A DNA stretch of 63,482 nucleotides, the filler included, from Reticulomyxa filosa (taxonomy: Eukaryota; Protista; Foraminifera): NCBI GenBank assembly GCA_000512085.1. It is 12 parts of 12 records of this genome, joined end to end, with 100 filler letters (N's around TTAATTAATTAA, not from the genome) between each part and the next. Parts side by side here need not be neighbours in the genome. Positions count along the whole stretch, not along the records: positions 15,670 to 33,356 come from ASPP01004589.1; positions 33,457 to 43,819 come from ASPP01025306.1; 10 more parts are not named here. One strand, written 5' to 3'. The notes beneath the pieces were generated by a model. It was given only the letters and a program-made list of their open reading frames with translations. It made no database searches and was not told the DNA's origin. Both the position numbers and the translations under genes were made by a program. The stretch's first letter is position 1, and each line of letters opens with the position of its first letter. Positions 26,501 through 38,100 of this stretch are shown here, one piece after another.

Positions 26501-29500
26501 GTCCAATGTTTGAATTTAGTTGTGAATTGGAGCCGAATTATTATAGCACGTATGGTTATGATTGTAACTCGATTTGTTACAATTACACACGCAACCTGTA
26601 TTTGGAATACGCTCCTACCATTGTGCCCACTCGCTCTCCTTCCATGTCTCCTGTGCAACCCCCAACCTTTGCTCCAGTAAAGCCACCTACCCGATCTCCT
26701 TCACTGGGACCTTCTCCGCCTCCAACGCGAGCGCCATCTCAACCTCCGACCCCGAACCCAACTTTTACCCCTACTCAGCCTCCAACGCGAGGGCCATCTC
26801 AACCTCCGACCTCGGCCCCAACTTTTTCCCCCACTAGCGCTCCTACTCAGTCTTGCTCTTACTATGGTTGTGTGATCAATTGCACTAGCGAATTTAAATG
26901 CATAAACTCAACTCTTTCGTGCCAATCGCCTTATTGCATATTGTTATGTCATGGCTATGAAGCCTGTGCATATGCGCAAATCACAGTCGAATGGCAGACT
27001 CTCCAACTTGATGTAATATCGGAAACAGATTACGCAGCTAGATACTTGAAAATTGTTGGCTATGATCATAACTTTTACAATTCTTATTCGTTGATGGATC
27101 GTGTCAATTACAATCAACCATTAGCAATTAATGTTAAAGCCTCTGGATGGAATGCTTTTGCCGATGGAACTATCTATGCAACCCATGGCATTTCCGTCAA
27201 AACGGATTGTACCACAGAGAATTCATGTGTGGGAATGCGAATATATGCAGCAGAGGCAGAGCAAGTGAAGATTCGTTGCGGACCAGATCCCAGCCCAATC
27301 CAACTGCAGCTCCTACTTTCGCTCCTACCGCATCTCCCACTCCACAAACTACTGGTTCGGCGAGAAGAAGTCGTAGTTTGCAAGTCACAGTGCAATCGTC
27401 AGCCGACAATGCCTGCATGGACATGATTGTTTATTGTCCAGTTATCACTATAGATTCGAACAATCGCTCCAACTGTGAAATTGACTGCAGTTCGGGCTCT
27501 TATTCGTGTTATAACTCGCGCATCTATTCGAATGCTGGTTTCAATGGAATGCGTTTGCATTGTGATCCTTGGCTTTCGCAATGTGATTCGTCAACAATTT
27601 TCTGTTCGGAGACATTTGAGACAAGTTGCGATTTAGACAATTATGGCAATCGCTATGCTTGTCAGAATGGTGATTGTTGGTCGTCATACAACTATTCCAT
27701 CCCACCTGCGTTGACCAAAGCCAACTATTTTGTTTCTGAATTTTCGAGAAAATATAATTCAAAGTATATTATCTGTAATGGTGCATATAATGGATATACT
27801 GATGATTGTCTTTTGGTTGGAGGACTGGGGTTTCTCCATTATGGTGAGGGAATTGGTGAAGATTTTGCATTGAGTTACATTTATTCAAACTCGGCTCACA
27901 AAATATCATTGATTGCATTTGGAGATTTCTTATTTGGTGGTGTTACGCTGGATGCTTCATCCTCTCAATATGCCTTCCTCTATTCCCCTTTTCCACAGCA
28001 AGTGGCGAATCGACGCTTATTAACTGCTCGATCGAGTTCCTATCAATTTGAATCCATATATCTATTCGCCCCGCAAACTGGATTGACCATGAATTGTAAT
28101 TCTCAGGGTTCATGTAGGTACTCGTATATCATTAGCAGTGATTCCCACAATAACTTGACTGCCTTGATTTATTGTAACAATGTCGACTCATGCCGGTACA
28201 GTGCGTGGTATCTTGACCAGGCAAAATCAGTGGATATAACTTGTAACGATGAAGCCAGCTGTGCTCAAAGCACAATATATGCTCCAACCTCAAATCATAC
28301 GTGGATGTCAAGACCTTTGCTCTCAGTCTATTGCAATGTATTGTATTCTTATCCCCAGTCCTGTGACAGCATGAACTTTTATGCCATAAGAGGTACCAAC
28401 GATTTGAATTTGAGTTGCAACAACATAAGCAATAGTTATTTCTCTTGCGAATATTCGACTATCCATTGCAGCCCAAAGTACGAGTTATATTGCAACGTGG
28501 AAGCGGGACGTTCTGGATACCTTTGCAACAATCCCTCTGATGTTTGCACAAATTACTCGTATACAAATTGGCTAAACCATGCCCCAACAACCGCCCCAAC
28601 TCCAAATCCAACGGTGCATCCCTCGATGTTCCCGACAAAAACCCCTACAATGTCGCCCACGCCTTTCCACTACACCTGTGAGGACGATACGTATTGTGAA
28701 TTCCCAATGTGTCGCGGCGATTATAGTTGCTACAGAGCCATCTTGGAGTGTGCCAGTCCAACGTGTTTTTTGAATTGCACGGGTTATTATTCCTGCGGAT
28801 CAGTTTCATTGACAGTGAAGAATGAGAGTGTATCTGTGTTAGAAGTAGTTTTAAATGGCGACTACAGTGGTGCATCCATGAATATTTCCGGTTACAAAGT
28901 AGATGAGTATACCAACACCATTGAACTGGCGGAACGAGTGCTAACTATGAAGCCATTGCGAATTGAAGTAACTGCTGAGTCGTATGCTGCATTCCAATCC
29001 GGACAAATAATCGCAACGCATGGTACTGACGTTGTGGTGCATTGTAACAACCTTTATTCGTGCCTCTCTTCCTCTATGCTTGTGAGTGACGCAAACTCAT
29101 TGGTGATGAATTGTGCTGGCAACCCCAAGCGAGGAGGATCTTCTTTTCAATGTGAAGGCATAAAACTCTTTTGTCCAACAAGAGCCAGTTTGTTAAACGA
29201 TACATCACGTTGCAATATTGATTGCAGTGGTTACAATTCGTGCGATTACTCGCTAATGTTTACTTTAAGTGGAGAAAAGGGAATGAATTTGACCTGTGGT
29301 TATAACAGTGGATGTACATCCACAGAATTAGTATGTGGAGATTTTTACCAGTATGAATGCAGTAATAATCAGGAAGGCTACTTTTCTTGCAGCGAGTGCC
29401 AAAATCTTCAGCCAACATCAGGCACAAATGCAGTAGCATACTTTAACAATTTTGAAGTTTATTCCAGCCCAGACATGGATCCTTTGGATTATTTCATTGC

Positions 29501-32500
29501 GGACGTAGAACATAAATTTAAAGACAAAACAATACAATGTCTGGGTACCAAACAATCAAGTGAATGTCGTGTGGTGAGTGGGCTTGAATATTATTATGGC
29601 GGAAGTTCAGCAGTGGCAATGCATTCGCATGTGGAAGCAGCTTTGAATGGCTTCACTTCAATTTTGTCAGTGGTTGGATTTATGCCTTATAATTATTATG
29701 GCGCTACCATTAACGCCACTTTGGCGAATTCTTTGGCTTTCTATTCCATGGAACGCGGATATTACTGCGAAGGACCTTTTAACCACGCCCAAGTTTGGAC
29801 AGCACAGCATGACCTTAGTCTCCTTTGTGGTGGCACTTTTAGTTGCTTCAATGTGACGTTTTCAAATCCTAATCCTTTGACCCATCCGGCAGAAGTAACG
29901 ATACTCTGTGGTGATTCATACGCATGTAGCAACGTGTCGCTAGATTTAAGATATGGCAAGCATGTAAATTTATCTTGTTTTGGTAGCAATTCATGCAGTG
30001 GATTCGAACTGTTTGCACCAACCTTGAATATATCAGATCCTTCTTTGTCGAAGAACTGGACCACGGCAATCTCTTGTTTCAATTCAGGATCACGTTATGA
30101 GGAACCTTCTTGTGGAAATATGAGTATCTATGCGGTTCGAGGTAGTGAAGATCTCCAACTGGATTGTTGGCAACCAGTGCGCTATGCACGAAAGCTAATG
30201 ATCGTACCGCAGCCGACAATGTCACCATTTTCATATGCGTTCACTCCAACTTCTGCTCCATCGTCATATACCTTCAGTCCACCTACTTATTCGCCGACTC
30301 AACTGTCTGAAACATATCAGTGCCAAGGAACGCGCATGTATTGTGATCCATCTTACGAATTTAGTTGTTTGTTAGAACCTAATGAACACAATTTCTATGG
30401 ATATACCTGCAATTCCATTTGCTTCAATTTCACATACGAAAAATATCAACAATATGCCCCAACGTCAGCTCCAACTTTCTCTCCGACAGCCTTGCCAACC
30501 TCTATGACAGCCACTCCAACTCAATATCCAACATCACAAAAACCAACGCAAAAACCAACACCAACACCAGTGACAACAACCACACAGGGTTCCACTAATG
30601 TAAATATTAACCTGAATATTCCTTTGTTGAACAAAGACGGCACTTTGAACAACAACTTGCGCTTCCAGGCTATTGCAACCATCGACTTTTCAAGTAGTAG
30701 TGCAAATTACAGTTCTATTACGTCCCAAACTATTAAGAGCATATGGACACTGATCGACCATACTTCTGGAACCACCTTCAATTTGACCACTAATTACACC
30801 ACGTTATCCAAAAAGTTTGACTTTGTTTCTTCTCGAACGTCAGCCGGACTCGTACAACCAAGAGGTCGAAATTTATTGGCAAGCTCGAGCACGTATTACG
30901 AGGTTGTTGATACTTTTGTCTTCAACTCCAAGGGAGGTTACACTCAATCAAACCAGTATACCCTCGACATTTGCAATCTGGGATCTCAATTGTTGCAGCC
31001 TGGACATTCTTACACATTAAACGTTGACTCCAAGGTGTCATATCGAGACACAAGTGGGCAATCCTTGTCATATTCAGGAAGCAAACCGATTTCATTCCAA
31101 ACAAATAATCCTCCAATTAACAGTACAAAATCAAATTCTACATGTTCAATTTCGCCATCAAAAGGAGATGCTCTGAGCACAATCTTTACCATGTATTGCA
31201 AAGATGGATGGAGCGATGACAGCAGTAACGCTTTGAACTTCAACTTTGAAGTCAATGGCATTTTTGTGGCTCCTTATTTTACATTTAACACCAGCAGTAC
31301 GCACAATCAATTCATTCGAAGTAATGGTGGGCTGTATTATGACAACATAACTCACGAAATCGCTTATTCGAGCAGTTTGTCGACCGGCGTAACGGAAGTG
31401 GTCGCAGTTATTGTTGACACGTATGGAAAAGCCAAGTGTATCCACATACCGGTTCAAGTAAATGAAGGACAAGCATTCACTGGAGTGACACCGTCCTCTT
31501 TCTTCAACTTTTCCACTCCGCAATCATCTCCAATTGGTGCGTTATTGTTTGGCTCTTCCCCTGTGGCTGTAGATTTGAACAACAAGACGGCAATCCAAAA
31601 GTTTTTGTATCAAGAATTATATCCCAATGGAACATTGAGCCAGGTGAAGGCTTTAGAGATTATTAACAATCTATCGAAAGCAGCATCGGCATATAACACG
31701 TATACTTCCAGTCTTACCAGTGTATCCATAAGTGATGTGCCTATGGTTGTCAACTTTTCATATTCCATTGCAGATTATGCTTTGGTTGTTGTGCAAGCAT
31801 TGAATCCTCAAGATTTGAATGGTGTGGCGGAAGCATTGAACGTTTTATCCTCGGCAACAAATGGCATTGGCACTGTTTGCGGACACTTGGGCTCATCGAA
31901 TAATAGCGCTGCTCTTGCTTCTGCTTCTCAAATTGCCTCCTCTCCGAATCGTGTTGCCACGGGCAATCAAATTTTGAACGTGACCAACCAACTTATTAGC
32001 ACGGCCTCCAATTCATTGACATCGTCGTCGGATAGTGTGTCATTAGATAAAGGCACTGCGGAAAACGGCTTGAACACAATTGGTAACGTAATGAACAATT
32101 TTGCGTGTGGTAACGTCAAACAAACAAATGGATCGGGATCAGGCTCAGCAATCTTGGGAGCCGCTCAACAACTTGGTCAATTGGCAGCTTTGGATTCGAT
32201 TCCTGGAGAGCAAATCACAATTACATCGCCAATCATAAATGTTACTGTGTCACGAGTTACCACCGAGGATGACAACGGTGATTTGAATCCATATCCATCA
32301 ACACAGTGCAGCGAAACTGTGTCATTGCCCAACTCAGCTTTCTCGGCATATCGCAACTCCAGTTCAAACGTGGATTGCTCCGTGGTGAGTTCACAAATCA
32401 ATCCATATAATCCAGGAAAGGAACGAGAAGATAACTTTACCGGAGTTGTGGTGAATGTAAATGTAAGTGTACCTTTGACAACGGTGGCAGAGAATGGTGG

Positions 32501-33356
32501 AGATATTCAAGTTGATGCATATTCCGCAGACAACTTCCCTGTGGTATGCAATCCTGCTATTATTCAAATTCAAAATAGAGAATGGGCTGATTATAGTAAT
32601 ACAAGTGTATCTTATCCATCTTGTGTGTTTTACAACACAACATCAGGACAATGGGACGGTTATGGATGCTATGTATGGAAACGAAACACGAGTGATAATG
32701 GGGTGGTATGTGTTTGCAATCACACTACAACATTCAGCTTAAAACATACAACTTTCACTCCCAAGATTAACTATGTGAAATTTAACTCATTCCAAGTCAT
32801 CAACGCACATAACTTGGCCAAATACCCAGCTGGTTGGATATTGGTATTGGTTGCCTTTACTGTATTTGCGATTATGTTATATGTGGCCCCTGATGTCAAT
32901 GATAAACCTTTGGTATCACATACCAGAGGTGTATGGAAACACTTCCGAGATGCAAATTGGTATGATTTCCGTGTTGGTTTGGAAACTAAGATATTACGAG
33001 GCAGTGATCATATTTTATGGAAGATATTAAAATTGTGGTATATTGCAATTCGATGTGATCACATGGTAATTGGATTGTTTTTCCGATACAAAGGAACTGG
33101 TTATCGTCGTCAAGCGAGATTGGCAGGCTTTTTAGCCAAATTGTTTACTTTAACCGCCGCTAACGGATTATTTTATGGAAATCCTACTGATCCTTGGGGA
33201 AATGACTGGATTATTTCATTTTACGCTTCGTTGATCCAAATGCCTTTGATTTTGGTCAAATTTTGTTTCAAACGTTATCAAAACATTGAAAGAACTGATA
33301 AAGAAGATGTTGATGTGCAATTGCAAGCAACTGTTTTGTTTTTATTTTTATTTTTA
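23557..33356 (+). CDS. Giant polycystin-1/PKDREJ-like surface protein: signal peptide, Cys-rich modules with Pro/Thr linkers, REJ, GAIN/GPS, TM region; 3'-truncated
   Basis: Signal peptide MKRVWLGALAFLVTLLVG; several small 5' exons; ORFs 25051 and 27147 join through one frameshift near 27296. REJ-like TNNPP..CSISPSKGDALSTIFTMYCKDGWSDD at about 31100. GPS motif SCVFYNTTSGQWDGYGC...VCVCNHTTTFS at about 32615-32740. PKD1-like TM motifs HMVIGLFF..YRRQARL..LFTLTAANGLFYG follow. Confidence 0.85.
26716..26835 (+). repeat. 60-bp tandem duplication in a Pro/Thr linker
   Basis: cctccaacgcga-g(c/g)gccatctcaacctccgacc... occurs twice with a 60-nt period (PPTRAPSQPPTPNPTFTPTQ / PPTRGPSQPPTSAPTFSPTS). Confidence 0.85.
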
Positions 33357-33482
33357 NNNNNNNNNNNNNNNNNNNNNNNNNNNNNNNNNNNNNNNNNNNN
33401 TTAATTAATTAANNNNNNNNNNNNNNNNNNNNNNNNNNNNNNNNNNNNNNNNNNNNCGTTTTAACCAATTCAAACAATGAGA

Positions 33483-33490
<8 letters not shown>

Positions 33491-33544
<54 letters not shown>

Positions 33545-33557
33545 ATATATAATATAT
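33491..33557. repeat. (AT)n microsatellite, intronic
   Basis: Visible dinucleotide run. Confidence 0.95.
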
Positions 33558-33593
33558 AAAAGTGACAAAAAACAAGAATTACATTAAGTAGTA

Positions 33594-34254
33594 CTATTTT
33601 CTTTGTTTTTCATTGTCATTCTCTTTAAGCGCCTCAATTTGTTTTTGACTTTCCAATGTCTGCAATTTTTCAATGTGCAATTGTGATTGCAAATCTTTGA
33701 ACATTTTTTGAAATTGCTCGATCTGTGCATTCAGTGCATTGAATTGACTTTGAATATCCAATGAATTATTCTGTCGGCTTGCAAGTAATTGGCATGACGT
33801 CTCCAAATGGTGCTGCACTTCTTTTATCTCGCCTTTGAATCTGCAAATACTTTTTTCATCTTCTCTTGTTTTTGTTCTTTCACTCAGCTGTAGATCTTCA
33901 TTCGATTTGTATTGCCGAGGGCACATCACCAACAATTCTGAAACGCTTTGTCGTGCAGTTTTGCTTTTGAAAAATTCACAGTGGTCGTGCCGTCCAACTG
34001 GACATTTTCTATTGCTTTGTTGCAAATATTGCCGCAAGCATTCCTCTCCAATCAAAAAAAATTTGCTCAAAGTTTTCATGCTCGTCACAATGCAATTCCA
34101 CTGCATTGTTGGCTATTTGCTTACACAGCAGGCACGTCCAAGTATTTAACTTTTGTGGTTCATTTGTCAATGAAATCCAATCCTTGTTATAACAACCAGA
34201 AATTGAAAAGATGGCTGTTTTCTTCTCTTTTTCTCCTTCTTCAATTAACAACAT
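33594..34254 (-). CDS. RING-like/TRAF zinc-finger plus coiled-coil protein, 3'-truncated; one homopolymer frameshift near 34055
   Basis: CYNKDWI...TCLLCKQIANNAVELHCDEH, then (other frame) LIGEECLRQYL..SNRKCPVGRHDHC..VMCPRQY..CRFKGEIKEVQHHLETSC, then a heptad-rich coil. Confidence 0.75.
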
Positions 34255-34697
34255 ATTGTTTCTATAAATATCAAGTTTTTTTTAAAAGGCCTGTGAGGGA
34301 GTACGTAGAAAAAAAAAAAAAATTAAACAACACGTCTTTACAATACAAAGTAATTTCTCAAGTTGTAACATTTAACGTATTCTGCTTTATTTTTATCACA
34401 TCTTTTTTAATTGAAGCATTTTATCCCAAAAAAAAACTTGATGCACGTTTTTTTTTGGACGAGAGGTCTCTTTCAAACCTATTTTGACACTCATCAAAAT
34501 TGCAAACAAAGTAAATGTCTTTTCTTGATCACCATTTCTAGCCACGACAGTAATACTCGAATATATTCCGATTTGCAAACCTTCGTTTTTCGATCACTGC
34601 TTAAAAGTCCCCTTAAAAAAAAAAAGACCAGAGAGTTTTTTGTTTTGTAAAACTACTTTTTAACAAAAATTCCTATATAATAACGACAAAAGAAGTT

Positions 34698-35134
34698 ATG
34701 CTAAAACAAATTGACAATGTCAATAATGAAGATGAATTAAGCCATGCACAAAAGGAGAGTGCCCGACTATTAGGAGGGATGCAACAAGAGCCCACAAGCA
34801 AGAAGTACGCCAGGGAAATTCGAGTGTTGAAGAGATTATGTGGCGACATTATTGATGAAGAAGCGTTGAAAAAGCAAATGGAAGAAAGTAAAGGTGACAT
34901 ATCCTTAGTTATTGAGAACATAATTTCTAAGGTAATAACACAAAACAAACATATTATTAACATTGAAAAAAAAAAAAAAGATAACAACAACTGATTTAAG
35001 TACATTTCCAAAACAAACAAAATAGATGGATGTGCAAGACTCTGAAATAGAGGCCACGCAAGAGCTACCAGAAGCTAAGCATAAGCAGGTCCCTCTATAT
35101 TAGACTAGTTAACACATGATTTGATTGCAATGTG

Positions 35135-35180
<46 letters not shown>

Positions 35181-38100
35181 GAGTGAAGAAAATGCAAACA
35201 TAGAAAAAGATGGAAAATCAAAAATTCTAAAAAAAGAAGATGAAAAGAGAGAGACAGGAGAAATTAAGCCGGGAATGAATTTGCAAGGTTATTGCAGAAA
35301 TGTAAACTGTTTGGCGGCAAATGCACAGTTTCCTGTGTGGGTGAACGAACATTTAAAAGCATTTCACTCACAGCCGATAAGACACACTATCATTGTCCAG
35401 ATTGCAAGCAGTTAACAGTCACGTGCATTGCCAAGGTAATGTTTTTCAATTCCGAGTATTCGATCGCTACAGATGATGAGTCGGTGAATGTGAATGATAA
35501 CAATTACTCACGTACTTATCCAATCCGATCGGGATTAATATACAAATTGAAAGCTGACAAAATTAGACAACATGCAACAAGCTTGGAGGATTTAATCCAT
35601 CGAAGTGAAATTGCAATGACAAGTGAAGAGATCACAAGTTTGGTGAAGGAATTGGAGAAATATTCAATTACGGTTGTGAAACCGGACAAAGTCAAAGATA
35701 AGCAAAGACTATTGGAAAAAATCAAACATGATTACAATGGAGATTTTAATCAGGTATTTGATGTTGGTCGATTCACCATTTTATGTGAAGATCATATCAA
35801 ATTGAAAACAGCTGTAATGGTGATGAAGGAAGCCAAACAATTTAATTTGATTGTGTCTGAAGATAAAGATTTCTTTGATAAACAATCCAAAACACATCAT
35901 CGCTTTCATAACATTAAGTTGTATGTTCCGAAGCATGATGTCTATGTGGAGATGCAAGCCACATTGAAAAGTTACACAACTTTGGAAGGTTACAGTGTAA
36001 TTGAACACCCAAAATTGAGTCATTTATTTTATGAATTTATCAGGGCGTGGGAACCAAAAAATGCGAAGGAGGAGAATCTGAAACAGGCAAGTGATGAAAC
36101 ATTAACCAAAATCAATGATGTCATTTGTGGATGGATCAATGATAAGGCAATACAGAAACTAGCAAGCTGTTATAAATCTCATTCGGATATTGGAATATTA
36201 AGGCCAGCACAGTTGTTTAATAAAACGAAAGCAGAAATCGATAATAATATATCATTGACGATGGCACAATTTGTATATGAACAACTTTGCAACTTTATGC
36301 CAACGCAAACAAAGGGAAAAGCCATTCATTGGCTGCTGTATCAATACTATAAAGATTACATAATTGAAAACAAAAATCCGGCAAGCTGTGCTGATTTCGC
36401 ATTATTGTTGAAACAATCTACCAAACAAGAAATGGAAGAAGACATAACAATATTGCAAGCACTTGAAACATATATCCCGTTACAAGCAAATAATTATCCG
36501 TGCACTGATAATGACGACAATGGAAAACATGACTCATATGATTGCCATCAACGTGTCGTTGATTTGTTAGCCGAAGAAAAAAAGAACGAGCAAGAATACG
36601 AAAGAAACATAATGCTAATTCAAGGAAAGTCAGGATCAGGAAAAAGTCTATTTTGTCGTCATTTGGAAGAGTTTTTGTGGGAGTCATACACAAGTGGCTC
36701 CACAATATCCATCCCTCTTTATATTTCATTACCAAAGTGTTATAATGAATTAAATGAAAAACAAATCATTTCTCAAGCTTTACAAATGAAGCAAATCAAT
36801 AAAGAGATCATTGATGCTATTCGTGAGAATATTTCATTTGTATTTATTTTGGATGGATTTGATGAAATATTTGATAAATACAATAAGAACGACAGTGATG
36901 CAAGATATTTCTATGATCGATTCAATTTAAATGAATGGAATGCAAAAATCATTGTCACTTGTCGAAATCATGCGTTAAATGATGGAGATATTAAACATGT
37001 CTTAATTGGCCCAAACAACATGACAACAACATCAATGATATATTTGTGGCCTTTTTCAAAGGAACAAATGAATGGATATATTGAAAAGTTTGTGAAAATG
37101 AATAAAAAAAATAAAATGAATGATTATTCGAATTGGGCAACACAACAATATGAAGAGACATTAAGTAATTATCCAAATTTACATAAAATGATAGAAGAGC
37201 CATTTTTGCTTCGAATGATATTAACTGTGTTGCCATCATTGATGAAACAGCATCCGACTGGAACTAAAATATCAAAAGCACAAGTTTATGAAGCATTCAA
37301 TGAACAATGGATTGATATGCATATTAAAAACATTTCAGATAAATTATCAGAATTAAGGATTCAAATGAATCCTAAAAAAATCAAATTAGCATTCCAACGG
37401 TATTGTCAAGACTTAGCCTTTGAAATGTTTATTCAACAAAATCAAGTTGCAACAGAAAACGATAAGATCTTAAGCAAATCAGATTCAGAAACAGAAATGG
37501 ATGTTAAAAACGTAGATAAAGGTGTAGAAGCAAAAGTGAATGAAATTGATGCTTCAGGTGCAAACACGAAACATTTTTGGAAAAAATACTTTAATAATGG
37601 TAATGCTTCAAAAAGAAATGAAGACGACAAAAACCAAAATGTGAAGGAAAATATAAAATCAGAGTCACAAGATGTTTGGGCAAGGTATTTTAATGGTGAC
37701 AGTATTGCAAAATATGTATTGAGAAGAGTTGGTGATAACAAGTATCAATTTTTACATAAATCATGTCAAGAATATTATACCGCACAAAAAATCATATTTG
37801 ACATCCTTTCGTGTAAACATAATATCCTTGATAATATCGATAGTGCTGATCAACAATTCGAAACATATGTTCAAAAGTTATTTATCAATTACGAATTATT
37901 AAATGAAGAATTAGGAATTATTCATTTTATTGCAGAACGAATTCACGACACAAACCCAACATTTACAAACCTGAAGCCAAGATTGTTTCACATCATTGAA
38001 GCTTCGAAAACAAGTGTGCATGTCCAGGTTGCAGCGGCAAACGCAATCACCATACTCAATGCAGCAAATGTGAATATGCATTACAAAGATTGGAGTAATA

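Noticed and set aside
25051-27426. ORFs 25051 and 27147 as two overlapping genes or a programmed frameshift
   Set aside because: Adding one A at cccaatcc (~27296) restores PDPSPNPTAAPT. There is no slippery heptamer, so an indel error is simplest.
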